Shown here piece by piece: positions 27,600 to 40,993 of a stretch of 64,000 nucleotides of DNA. The DNA comes from Eledone cirrhosa. Lineage: Eukaryota. Numbering within the stretch: the stretch's first letter is position 1; each line of letters begins with the position of its first letter. The DNA is taken from positions 215,512,001 through 215,576,000 of the forward strand of contig OZ024740.1 in assembly GCA_964016885.1 (NCBI GenBank), written 5' to 3'. Below the pieces are notes generated by a model. It was not told the origin of the DNA, made no database searches, and saw only the letters and a list, made by a program, of their open reading frames with translations. Made by a program: the position numbers and the translations under genes.

Positions 27600-27637
27600 C
27601 CTTTTGAAAAGCAGAAGAACTGCGAAACCGGTAAAGG
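27600..27637 (+). ncRNA. Minimal hammerhead-like motif in PLE terminal repeat (variant core)
   Basis: CCTT-TTGAAAA-GCAGaagaaCTGC-GAAA-CCGG-TA-AAGG; core differs from CTGANGA at two positions. Confidence 0.6.
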
Positions 27638-27769
27638 AACCAAATAAATATATATATTTAAAAAAAAAAATAAGACTTCAGTTGCATTTTCGATTTCATC
27701 TCTTTTTCTTTATACTTTCACTCGTGTAGGACACCTCAGTTATTTTTCATTTTGTAAAAAAACCCGCAC

Positions 27770-27855
<86 letters not shown>

Positions 27856-28156
27856 TTTATGTTTAGTGGTTCACTACTGGATAGAATTGATCATTCCGTT
27901 TAACCATTATTCGGGGGCGGTCTCCGGCACAGTAATACTTATGTCAGGGACCATCTCTGATTCAACTATTTTTTCTATATTTTCTGTTTGTGTATGCCGT
28001 AATTCTTTTATTGATTAACTAATTATGCAATCGGCCCCCGATGATGTCGCCAGGATCATATGTAACCAGGCCATTGTAATATGTATAGTGTTTTTGTAAC
28101 AATAAAACTTAAAAAGAACATCACCAGTCCGGCCTCCTGCTATTTTAATCAAGCTA

Positions 28157-28886
<730 letters not shown>

Positions 28887-28888
<2 letters not shown>

Positions 28889-29710
28889 GTACATGTTCGT
28901 CCACTACAAGTCCGCCCTCCCTAACAGTGCCAAAAGAGGATACATCACAAACGAGATCGCGCGAATCAAAAACAGATGCAGCGATCCCGCGAGTGGTGTC
29001 ACTCATACCAAACGATTCCTCGAGGTGCTGGAGACGAACGGATACCCTACCTCGCTCACAGACAGAGTAGGAGACACCAGACACAAGAGACAGAGAGGCA
29101 CCCAAGGCAAGTGCTTCCTTAAAATGCCAGACCTGGGCGAGAATACCACCAACGCTATCCGCAAAGCTATACGGAGAGAGGGCCTCGACATCCACCTGGC
29201 CCACTCGGGCCCCTCCCTGCGAAGATGCCTCTCCAGGAAACCCGGGAAATCAACTGACGCGTGCTCCCTCAGAGACTGCCCGATGCGCCATGCGAACTGT
29301 TGCCTACGCACATACGTCGTGTATAAGATAGAATGTAACAAGTGCAACCAATACTATATAGGTAGCACAATCCGGTCGTTGCACATCCGGATCAAGGAAC
29401 ACACTAAAACCAGGGTCTCGTCTTTCCGGAAACACATAGCCAAATGCGGAAACAAAGACGGAAGGCCTATTGTCACAATTCTAGCGACAGAAAGAAACGT
29501 CGGCACGTTACGTATCAAGGAAGCACCTTGGATCAAACGCCTAGGGCCACAATTAAACAACCGATCCGAGAGAAGTGAAATGAGGTGGTTGGTTTAAATT
29601 AACAAACGATGCAGCAACACACTCACACACACACACAGGCGAGACAGCAACACACACACATACACACAAGCGAGACAGCAACACACACACACAAGCGAGA
29701 CAGCAACACA

Positions 29711-29759
<49 letters not shown>

Positions 29760-30347
29760 GCATTCCACCATACGAACATACTACACTGCCAATACAGAGA
29801 AACAAGGCAAAAACACACGCACACACACACACACTCAAGCGAGACAACAACACATGCACACACACACACACATTAACATTCACCAAACAGGCAGAGAATG
29901 GACTGACAGCTAGCGCCACCCCACTCCCACAATTGAAAGAACTACTTCGGCCGCTGACCTCTGCCTGACCGACTCCATTTCACGCGCACGCGCGCTCTGC
30001 TGAATACCTCAGATATTCAAAACAACGAACAGCGGAGGACACGTTTCGCACCTTTCCGACAGACAACCTCCCCCCACCCCCCGAAAAAACCCCAGTTGAT
30101 GGATGTGAATCCGAAATATATAGGGACAATTAAATCTCTCCCAAGGTAACTACTCTTTCTCGTGTTGTTATTTTTATTTTTATCCTTTACGCTCTTTGCT
30201 TCATTCCTCTACACGTTACAGTCTTATACACGCCACGCATCTCAACGTACACCCACTTACATCACTCTCTCCACCACCGGATCTTGTTACCCGGAGATTT
30301 ACCCATCTGCATTGTTGAGGCTTCCAAACGACTTAAAGAAATTTATC
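28887..30347 (+). mobile_element. 5'-truncated Penelope-like element (second family): RT thumb + GIY-YIG (28887-29597) and 3' terminal region
   Basis: VVYKIECNKCNQYYIGSTIRSLHIRIKEH ... EAPWIKRLGPQLN; (TA)n both sides; hammerhead-like motif at 30090-30125. Confidence 0.88.
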
Positions 30348-31022
30348 ATATATATATATATATATACTAGCAGTGTATCCCGGCGTTGCACGGGTAAGAA
30401 CATTGGCAATAGCAACTCCAATGAGAAACGTTTATTTGTGAGTGCCTGTTAAAAACTCACGAAAATGTACCGACAGGAAAATTGTTTTATTTGGAGAAAA
30501 TTAAGAATTTGAAAGTACAATTTAGCTGTCTACGTGCATTGTGAAAAAGAAAGTCACAGGTTAAGTTGGCTGGTTCCAGTTTCATAGTAGTAAGGCTTAG
30601 GCTACTTACCTCAAAAGTTCATTCGCACTCTTTCTCTCTATCCCCCTCGGTGCAGTCCCTTGCGAATTTCTCGCGTAGGCCTGGTGTAGATTTGCACCCG
30701 ATGTACGGCTTTTGGAGGAAGGAGTGACCAGCAGTACGTTGTTCGGTATTATTACGAAAGGTGTAGCAGAGAATGCCGCATGAACTAACAGCTCGGGAGG
30801 AAACTGCTTACCCCGAAAATTCATTCGCCATCGTTCTTGTCAACGTTCCGTTTACTTGGTATTTGTTGGTCTACAGTTAGATGAATGGCGCACAAAGGGT
30901 TAATGTTTATTGGCAAGAAGATTTTTTAATAATAAAAGACGGGTTAAAGCGACCTACAATATATATATGTATATATAGTGACGAAACATAAGTCAATTGC
31001 ATGAACTCATAATCCTTTATTT

Positions 31023-31078
31023 ACTGCTATATATATTTTGATGATAGCCATTGAATGGCTATGACCTCATCAGGCAGT
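31023..31078 (-). ncRNA. Minimal hammerhead ribozyme motif with G12-to-A change
   Basis: Minus strand ACTGC-CTGATGA-ggtcATAGCCAttcaaTGGCTATcatc-AAAA-TATATA-TA-GCAGT. Confidence 0.7.
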
Positions 31079-31135
31079 TAGTCAGTTCTTAGATATGCTA
31101 GCTCTGTGTTTATAGTGTTGATGGTATCAGAGCCT

Positions 31136-31190
<55 letters not shown>

Positions 31191-31197
<7 letters not shown>

Positions 31198-31605
31198 GTG
31201 AGGTTTTTTTTTACAAAATGAAAAATAACCGAGGTGTCCTACACGAGTGAAAGTATAAAGAAAAAAAGATGAAATCGAAAATGCAACTGGAGTCTTATTT
31301 AAAAAAAATATATATATATTTATTTGGTTCCTTTACCGGTTTCGCAGTTCTTCTACTTTTCAAAAGTAGAGTTGAGATGGAGGGTCTGTGGTTTTTCTCA
31401 CATCTGGTTGGTCTCTGAATGTTACTTGTTTTATATGGAAAAAGTGGCTCGAAATGCCAGGTTTTTCGAGAAGTAATTTGATTGGTTGGTCAATAATTAT
31501 AATAAATTTCGCGCGCCAGTTCGCGTTACAAAGTTCTTCAAACAAGGGGGGGGGTGTCACAGGTTGTTTTTTCATATATGAGTGTTTGAATTTCTTTTTA
31601 CTTAA
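31191..31605 (-). mobile_element. Solo terminal repeat of the 23060-27777 PLE family, inverted
   Basis: Reverse complement of about 27365-27777 with scattered substitutions; (TA)n both sides. Confidence 0.9.
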
Positions 31606-31607
31606 AA

Positions 31608-31644
<37 letters not shown>

Positions 31645-31650
<6 letters not shown>

Positions 31651-33500
31651 ATATTAAATAAATGAAAACTATATTTATAAAACCATATTTGTTTTATTAT
31701 ATATATTCCAAGGGCAACAAAGACAACATTGGTGCGCTTTCATCAGATAAAATACAAAGTTTGTTTTATAAATAGAGACGTACCCATGAAAATTCTACCT
31801 TATCGGTTGGAAATTCACTGGATAGTGGAAACATATTAGGGATTATTCAAATTTATGTGTGAATATGCAAATGAATGTGTAAATAATTGAAAAAACAACC
31901 GTTTATTTAAATGATACTGGAGAAAGATAGGGAAGAAAGAGAGAGAGAAAAAAGAGTGAGAGAAAAGATATTAATATTACGAGATAGATAGAGAGAAGAA
32001 ATTTACAAGAGGATGAATAGAACTCATGTAACGTAAATATGGGGGAATAAATTTTAAGTTCATATCTACTAATGGTACGTATATTTACTATTATTTAGTT
32101 GTTAGAATTCTTTTTACTATAATATTTACTGTTATAAGTAGATAGAAAAATAAATAGATATATACAGAAAAATAAATATATATAAAAAAATTAGATAGAA
32201 AAATATATGGAAAAATAAATATATAGAAAAATAGATAAATAGAAGGATAAATAGAGAGAAAAATAGATAGATAGAAAAATAAATAGAAAAATAAATAGAA
32301 AAATAAATAGAAAAATAAAAGAATAAATCAATAAATAGATAAATAGATAAATAGATAAATAGATAGATAAATGGATATATGGGTATTTCGTGTTATAGAT
32401 AATTGTTTTGATGAGTTATGAGGGATATTGGTTTATATTTAATGTAAGTAATTAAGTTAACTGAGTTAATAAGAATATTTATATTTATATATTTTAAATA
32501 TTTTAAATTGGGAAGATACGGAAAAAACTCCAGTTTTATTTATTTATTAGTTAGTATGAGACCATTTTGTCAAAATAAGTTTCAATGTTAAAGATATAAG
32601 TGTTGAAAGATATATTTAGCCTGAATTAGTTAGTGGTTATAAATCTAATAAAAGATATTAAACATTTTTTTTTATATTAAAAATATTAAAAAATATTAAA
32701 AAATATTAAAAAATTAAAAAAAATTTTAAATTTTTATAACAACTATAAAAATTTTATAAAAAATTTTATGAAAATTTTATAAAAACTTTTTTTTAATATT
32801 TTATAAGAGATAAGTAGATTTTAAAAAAAAAGAAATTTTTTAAAAGTAATTTTTAATATATATGAAAGATTTAAGAAGTAAAAAATAAAAAATAAAAAAT
32901 AAAGAATTAAAAAACTTAAAAAATATTAAAATTAAAGCTAATATTAAAAATTAAAATTTAAAACTTTAGGATCATATATGTATATAATTTAAGAAATTTT
33001 AAGAAGTGAAATTATAAGAAGTGAAATTATAGCAAACAATATATTAAAACAGAGTGGATAAGATTGTTATGGAAATAAGTAGAAATATTATAAGTGTAAT
33101 TATAATTTATAATTTATATATAGTTCTAAACGTTGAATTTAGGCGATGTTTACAAGAACTAAATAAATTCGTTGGTACATTAATAGAGGTCTTACATTTA
33201 AGTATGAAGAAAATTTCCTCAACACACAATTTGCAAAATCTAGATAAAGCTGTGTTCTTGTAGGCAGGTGCTTTATGAAATTATTTCCCAAGTTAAAGAA
33301 TAGTCCATATTTGGGGATTTTAAGTTCCATATCAGGTTTGTCTTGGTTGCCCTTGAAATATATGTAATAAAATAAATATGGTTTTATAAATATAGTTTCC
33401 ATTTATTTAATATGATTGAATATTTACTCCAGTAACTTGTTGAGTGCTCTAAATCAGTTATAAATATTTATGTTTGTCGGACTTCTAACAAATTAAATAC
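31645..33500 (-). mobile_element. 5'-truncated Naiad-like PLE: GIY-YIG C-terminal remnant (about 33335-33115), very AT-rich 3' region, hammerhead at 31692-31752, inverted terminal copy at 33338-33422
   Basis: Manual minus-strand translation LIWNLKSPNMDYSLTWEII/KAPAYKNTALSRFCKLCVEEIFFILKC...NLFSSCKHR resembles the Naiad-type C-terminus; TTTTAT-CTGATGA-stem-GGAA-TATATA-TA-ATAAAA. Confidence 0.68.
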
Positions 33501-33506
33501 AACTTC

Positions 33507-33582
<76 letters not shown>

Positions 33583-33611
33583 TACATATATATATATGTG
33601 TGTATGAATGC

Positions 33612-33643
<32 letters not shown>

Positions 33644-33644
33644 A

Positions 33645-33729
<85 letters not shown>

Positions 33730-33764
33730 ATATATTTGTATGTGTATATTTATATATATGTATT

Positions 33765-33801
<37 letters not shown>

Positions 33802-34601
33802 GTGTTTGTATATGTATATGTGTATATGTGTGTGTGTATATGTATATATATAAGTATATATGTAGCGAAGATAATACGTCAGCAGTGACGTGTTCGTCAG
33901 AATGTCGTAATGCAGACAGTTAGACATACAAACAGATATTATAAGGGCTCGACGGAGATCGATAACCGGAACCTAACACTCCTTTAACAACAGAAAATTG
34001 AAAAATAAAAGCTGCAGATAATATATTTAGACCGCAAAGAATATATAAATGCAAGTTTGAAGTCAATCGGAGTAGAAATGTGGATTTGTATAGACTTTGC
34101 AAAAATGAGGACACACACACATATATCTATGAAATGGCTTCATTTTTCTTCGTTGAATGTTTCGTCTTCCCCTCCCGCCACCTTAGCTCCACATTATTTA
34201 TTTGTTCATCAACGTGTTATCTACCATCTGTATTGTGGCGATGTTTTTCTTGTCAGTCATTCTTTCGTCAACAATAAATTCATTATCTATTTCACACTTG
34301 ATGAATGTATCGAACTGTTATATATACCCGGATAAAAAAAAAATCGATCGTGACATAATGTTTCTTTATCGATTTTTTTTTTTTTTTTTGCTGGTCTCCA
34401 TTAGTTTTCTCACTGATATTTGAAAGATATCCTCTCAATATTGTTGTTATGGGAATTTAGAAATAATAATAATAATAATGATTTCTACTGTAGGCACAAG
34501 GCCAGCAATTTTTGGGGAATGGAAAGTCGATTAAATGGATCCCAGTGCTCTACCGATGCTGCCAATCCATGAACCAATAATAATAGCAATAATAACTGTT
34601 T

Positions 34602-34900
34602 AATACCAGTGATAATCGGTGCATTTGCAATGATAAAAAACGGAACTGAAAAATATTTGGACCAGATACCTGGAGAGCCATCTCTGCTAGAGATACATAA
34701 AATAGTGCTGACTGGTACTGTCCCTGTCCTGAGAAGGGCATTATCGATTTAGATACATTGTAAACACATTTACTGTTGTTTGTGTCCCTGAATAATCATT
34801 TGTAGGACAATTGGAAATGTATGTATTACCAAATGTTACCTCCTCAGGTGTCTGGCTGACACTCGGCAAGATATGGGAATTCAAAGGAAGTTTCAAATAA
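34602..34900 (+). mobile_element. R4/Dong-like LINE extreme 3' fragment after a TAA-rich tract
   Basis: Translation IPVIIGAFAMIKNGTEKYLDQIPGEPSLLEIHKIVLTGTVPVLRRALSI*. Confidence 0.65.
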
Positions 34901-35092
34901 TAATTGTTTCTACTTTTGACAAAAGGCCAGCAATTACCCCAGTGCATTACTGGTACTTTATTTTATCGACCCCCGTAAGGATGAAAAGCAAAGTTAACCT
35001 CAGCGGGATTTGAACTCAGAACGTAAAGGGCATAGCTCTATGCTGCAAAGCATGGTGTCTGACGCTCTACCGATACTGCCAATCCACCGCCC
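34900..35092 (-). mobile_element. tRNA-derived SINE (related partial copies at about 22170-22250, 34475-34548, 39315-39480, 17828-18035)
   Basis: ACTGGTACTTTATTTTATCGACCCCGTAAGGATGAAAAGCAAAGTTAACCTCAGCGGGATTTGAACTCAGA. Confidence 0.8.
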
Positions 35093-35329
35093 TTTTCAAA
35101 TAACAACGACAATAGCAACATGTTTAACTATGAACACAAATAGACGTTTAACATAGAAGCCCGATCAATGTTTAACAAAGGCTACTAAATCATGTTTAAT
35201 ATGTGAAAACGCCCTGAAAAAGAAACAAAAATCAAGTAAGACTAATTAAACAATTAACTTACAGCAAATCAAGCCGAAAAACAAGACAAACGTGACAGAC
35301 ATGTTGTAGGATAAGTTATGTAATGCATA

Positions 35330-35690
35330 AATATATTAGTGACGTCATGTAGGATAAGTTATGTTAGTAGTGCATGCCTATATTAGTGGTGTTTAGTAAG
35401 TTAGTATGTAATATATGAATATATTAGTGGTATTTAGTAAGTTATGTAATGTATCAATATATTAGTGGTGTTTAGTAAGTTATGTAATGTATCAATATAT
35501 TAGTGGTGTTTAGTAAGTTAGTATATAATGTATGAATATATTAGTGGAGTTTAGTAAGTTATGTAATGTGTGACTATATTAGTGGTGCTTAGGAAGTTAG
35601 TATGCAATACATGAATATATTAATAGGGTTTAGTAAGTTAGTACGTAATATATTAATATATTAGTGATGTTTAGAAAGTTATGTAACTAA
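35330..35690. repeat. About 39-43-bp minisatellite
   Basis: Repeated ATATATTAGTGGTGTTTAGTAAGTTA(GT)ATGTAATG. Confidence 0.9.
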
Positions 35691-36086
35691 ATGTAAACAA
35701 ATCGCAGCGTAGTTAACGAAATAAATACAATGTTTGTTTATATTTTATTTTTGTAGTTCTGTTTTCCGATGTGTTGTGTATGCAAAAATATCCGTATACG
35801 AATATATAATTATATATAAATATATATATAATTAATTAAAAGTTGGTTAGAAGCGAAGTCAATGCAGAGAGGCAGACATACAGACAGATATTATAAGCAT
35901 GCGACGTTATAGCTATGTATCTATCTAAAAAGACAGAGTAAGAAAGAGCGAGGAATGTCGTATTATATATATTATATACAATAAAGTACCAGTAATGTAC
36001 TCCTCACTTTCTTCCTTGGAAAAATTTACATACGTCCATGGTGCAAATTTGGTGCCGTTTTGTCCAGCCGTTTGGCCAAAAGTGTG

Positions 36087-36117
<31 letters not shown>

Positions 36118-36123
36118 CATACA

Positions 36124-36151
<28 letters not shown>

Positions 36152-36154
<3 letters not shown>

Positions 36155-36680
36155 GATATTATGATATGGGAAAGGGAGAAGAAAGCATGCACAGTAGTGG
36201 AAATTAGCTGCTCAGAAGATGCCAATATAATATCAAAGATTAGCGAAAAGGAGAATATTTATGCAGAACTGATGAGAAATCTGCAGATACTCCACCCTGA
36301 TTACACCTTCAGATTTATGCCTATGATTATTGGGGCACTGGGGTATGTTAGTAACTGCCTCAATACAAATCTTGAGAAGCTAGGCTTCACAGGAACAGAA
36401 AGAACACAACTAGTTAGGAAATTACAAGTACAATCCATTAATGGAACAGTAAAAATAAGTAAAACATTCCAAAAAATTTGCATCTAATAACTGCATATAC
36501 ACATGTACAGATTCAAAGCATACACACATGCACACATACAACTCAAAACATCCACATCCACACACACAATAACATCCATATCTACACATGCATGCATACA
36601 TAATCTACCTAGTTGATGTTGTGTAAATTCCAATGAGAGAGTCATGTGTCTATGTTAGAAACCGAGCTGTGATCTCTCAA
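36152..36680 (+). mobile_element. 5'-truncated RLE-type LINE (R4/Dong-like) fragment after (TACA)n
   Basis: DIMIWEREKKACTVVEISC...EKENIYAEL...MPMIIGALG is a restriction-like endonuclease C-terminus. Confidence 0.75.
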
Positions 36681-37204
36681 TTCGGAGAAGTAGCGGCTCT
36701 ACCTGGAGTGATTCTCTGATCTCCGAACTAACACTCTATCCAGTAATGTTACTCCAAAGACCTTCTGGATGAAACCCATTTCGGCAGTTTGTATTCACGA
36801 TCGTATTTTTTTGGTCATTACCCACTTTTTAAGTGCTAAAAATAAAGATAAAAGCTATGAATGGACACAAGAAGACGTTTCAATATTACACACATATTTT
36901 ACTGCTACACTTCACGTAAAAACCGAAACTATGTCAATATATTTATATATAATTTGCAGACAAAATAACCCTGTTATAACTGTAAAGTTGGATCCCAACA
37001 GCTTGAGAAGATACATTCTTAAAATATTAACAAGATGGACACCACACATTAAAATGGGATATTTAAACTTATAGTACATAACGAAAGCTAAAATAACAAA
37101 CAAAAACAAACATCGAGAATAAGATGATTGAGAAGGTAAATCACGGAGACAGACCTACACACTCAAAAACAAAAAAAAACCTGAAACCCTAGAATACTCT
37201 ACAG

Positions 37205-37537
37205 TATGTATGTATAGTCCTGTAACTCCTAATGGAGTTGTAAGGGCGCTGACTTGACCTACGCCGTTTTTCGGGCATGTTTTAAACCTGGCGGAGCCCA
37301 TTTCCTCTCCAAGTCTTAATACAGCAGATTCTTCGAGAGAAAGATAAAGTTTGAAAGAATGGAAGTGAGAAAGAGATATAGAGGAAGAATTGACCCAGTA
37401 CTAAACTGGTACTTTTTTTGTCGACCTCGAATGAATAAAAGGCAAAGTTGACATTGACGGGATTTGAACTCAGAGAGCCCGAACCAATACTGCAGAATAT
37501 TCTATCCGACGTTCTAACGACTCTGCCAATTCACTGC
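37205..37537 (-). mobile_element. SINE variant with distinct about 185-bp 3' tail
   Basis: Homologous along its length, in reverse orientation, to 45858-46200. Confidence 0.7.
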
Positions 37538-37594
37538 TTTATTGTTATTGTTTAACAAATCCATAATCGAAGACAGTAAAATGAGAAAAGATGA

Positions 37595-37885
37595 GCCGAG
37601 TATCGCATAGATTGACTACCAAAATGTTTTCTACTGTGTTCCTATATGTGATCCTAAAAACATTAGCCATAAGTAATGTAGCATCAATAATAGAAAGGGT
37701 CATTACACACTTCATAAGTAAATGGCAGACATTTTCTTAGTTACATAGAAAAGATGGAGCATAATTTATTTATGGAATATATCATGTAAATACAGTTTAC
37801 AACCTAACACAATTAGAAGAGGAATATTTCAAAAGGACTCTTTCCCTTCATTTATTTTTCGTCTGGGGCTGACACATTTAACCGG
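37595..37885 (+). pseudogene. Decayed R4/Dong-like RT fragment
   Basis: SIA*IDYQNVFYCVP (compare WIDYxKAFDSVP) and IRRGIFQKDSFP (compare RGIFQGDSLSP). Confidence 0.55.
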
Positions 37886-39597
37886 CATGCTATACATGGT
37901 TGGATCTGTTCACAAATGCCATTGTGGGGCAATCAACGATCATTTGTATAGGAACACATTTAATTTGAACGCTGAAAATGATAAACAACTAGGGAAAGTG
38001 CTACAGAGAGAATATATATTTACCAGAGGAATTGATATGAGATCCATGTTATAATAAAGAACTAAGGCGACTTTTAAGAAGGGAAAACTAAGAAAACTAA
38101 TGCCATGTTTTGGACACAAATAGAAAAAAGAGAATTATACCAAACACAGAGTTACAAATTCTTATAAAATTCATTGGAACACAACATGAAGGAAAAGGTT
38201 AGGAATACAAGCGACACAACATGTTAATACTTAAAACAGAACTAAATGTAAACAATAACGTTTCTGTAGTACGGTACTATGATGGTGATGTCGTCTGCCT
38301 ATGTCGACACACTCTTTATCTGTTCCAACCACGTTAATATCATGATTGATATTTCTATCTCCACAACCCTTTGCTCATCTTGATGAGTTATATTTCTACA
38401 CGTTTACTCAGAGTTTCTAGAATCTTTACTTCCTACACAATTTTAAGCACTCTTTATCATTTATTCAATAGATGTATGGATAGACAGATGAACATATCTA
38501 AATATTTAAACTCATTGCAATAACGGCAACTAGATTATTATAAAATCTGAGAATTATCCACGAAGAACTTTTAGTGGAAAACATTAAAGATTTCAACAAA
38601 CAATATTGCGAATCCAATCAGTAAACCAAACGTTGACTTTAATGCCGTATGATTGGTTGGTGTAAGATGAGGTAAGATATCTTTAAATGTCACATACTTT
38701 TCCAACTGTAAGCCTTCTCACAAACAGTAAGTTTATTTGTTCACAATAGATAAAGTGTATATGTCAGCTTGTTTTTAACTCAGACGGCCAACATCAATTG
38801 ATAAACTAACAAACACTGTCAGCATCTTGTGTCTAAAATAAAACAGACATTATCAATACTTTGGACATTATTGGTTCCTCATGCCATTCTATTCTGAAAT
38901 ATCTTTTGGAGATACTTCCTTCCGTCTAACAAGCAATTCTTTAGAAAGAAATCTGGCAGACTTGTGCATTATCGATCGGGGATTAAAATTGAATGTATTT
39001 GGTAAATCAATGTTATGTCTTTGTTTACATGACGTGGAAGTTAATCGCATGACAGACAAAAGTGTGCCAGTCGAGGTAACTTCTACCTCAAATTCTTTGA
39101 TCGACTCTTGCTAATAGATTTAACATATTTACATTTAAGATGAAATTACCTCACACCATTTCGGTAGGTTTTCATATTGTTGAAAGGAAAATTTCCCCAA
39201 AACGCTGCGAGAAAATCTAAAAATATCTCTTACTAACAAATAACGTCCATAAATAGGTTAAAGTTTAAAAGCCTTATTCAAAACTATATTGATTAATGAA
39301 TGTAGAGTAAAGAAAAGGCAGTCTTTAGCAGAGTCATTAGAACGTCAGACAAACGCATTACGGCAATTGCTGGAGGCCATTGTGTTTTGTGTTCTGTGTT
39401 CAAATTACACTAAGATCAATTTTATCATTCACCCCTTCGGGATTGTTGATAATAAAAATACTAGTCAAGTATTGAGGTAGACTATCTATCTATCTATATC
39501 TATCTATCTATCTACCTACCTAAGGAAAACCCTCGACTATCTGCCGGTAGATATAACAAAAGCGAAGGAGCTACTGGCGGATGCGAAAAAATATATA

Positions 39598-40969
39598 GTG
39601 TACGGGGAAAATGGTTCATTCACAATCCATTCCCCCCCGGAACTAAAAAGCCAGAGACTCCTAAACACGGTCATGTTTAGGACAATCTCGAACAAAAGTA
39701 AAAAACCAGCTCAACCATCACAGAGCGAGATAGAGCTGGTTTTAAAAGACGTCATGAAGGACATCACCTTCATTCAGAAGGATAGACTCTACGGGAGTCT
39801 ATCCATTCTCATGAAGGACAGGGACACAGCAGTGAAACTGTCCATCAAACCAATCACATCCACCGCATACACCTTCTACCCTACGTACATGGGTAGAAGA
39901 ACACAAAAAATAAAAATCCACACCATCCTGCCGATTATGGACATATGGTGGGTTTTGACAGGTTTTCTGGACCTGGAGGATGACATGCTGGTGTCCATGG
40001 GAAAGGCATCGGGTGACGCGTTCAGTGGAACGAGCCTCGAACTTGTAGTTCAAATGAGGCCCGAAAGGATCGCCCAGATCCCTGAACGCGTCATACTGGA
40101 TGATCTAACCTTCATCAACATTACCGTTGAGGGTAGACGGCCCTCGTGTTACCTCTGCGGAACCAGAGGTCACCTGAGGGCTGTCTGTCCCCAACTTAAT
40201 AAGAAAACCCCAATCCTGCCTACACCACCAACAACTGCACAACCAACACAATCACCACAACTACCACTACAAAAACAACCACCACAGCTCAAACCAAAAC
40301 AAAACAATGTCCAACCCATCCCCTCCACTCAAAAAACAAAAACAATTTCCAAAACACCCGTACCGCAAACACAACCCGAAAATATACCCCTCCCCTCCAA
40401 CGCGGAAGATGACCCTAGTTCGTCGTCAGACGAGGAGGAGCACTTCCACACAATCAAAAGAAAAAAAAAGAAAACACACCTCAGACACACAAATGAAAAA
40501 AACCCCTCCCCAAAACATAACACTGACACCAACACAAAAGAGCTCACAACAACAGCAAACAAAAAACACCACACAAAAACAAAAACATGCATACACATAC
40601 ATAAATACAAGAAACAAAAAACTGTTAAACATTGTGTACAACAACAATCTAATAAAAACACAAGGGCCTAACTTCACCCAGGCAGGGGATTTCCCCCACC
40701 TCAAAATGATTAAGGCCCCACAGGACACCTATAAAACTTTAAAAAACAATTTTAAAGAGGACGTGGGTCCCCCCTGCGTCGGGCCCATTAACCGCGTCCT
40801 CCTAAAAAACTATCCCACCCCCTCCCCAAACACCCACACAACTCCAAGCTCCCCAACCACACATCACACTGATGCCCCCACACTTCCACAAACCACCACC
40901 CCACCCAACAACCCATCCCCCACCCTAATGGAAATTGTGCAGCCCGATACCCGGGACGCAGAGAGGTAA
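39598..40969 (+). CDS. Tx1 ORF1 nucleic-acid-binding protein (CCHC zinc knuckle), one frameshift near 40600
   Basis: EGRRPSCYLCGTRGHLRAVC; C-terminus continues in ORF 40307-40969, homologous to ORF 60197-61513. Confidence 0.85.
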
Positions 40970-40993
40970 GTGCCTTTTCTCTTCACTACCAAC

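Larger units (their letters stand above)
23060..27777 (+). mobile_element. Near full-length Penelope-like retroelement (Neptune-like) in (TA)n, with partial direct terminal repeat
   Basis: About 58-bp direct repeat 23060-23118 / 27720-27777; ORF1 plus RT-GIY-YIG; (TA)n flanks. Confidence 0.93.

Noticed and set aside
30364-30950. Helitron/Helentron-like end (ACTAG...CCCGGCGTTGCACGGG), and a similar hint at 36000-36090
   Set aside because: Matching opposite end could not be identified
38890-39115. Possible host exon (open minus-strand frame of about 70 codons)
   Set aside because: No recognisable domain or partner exons
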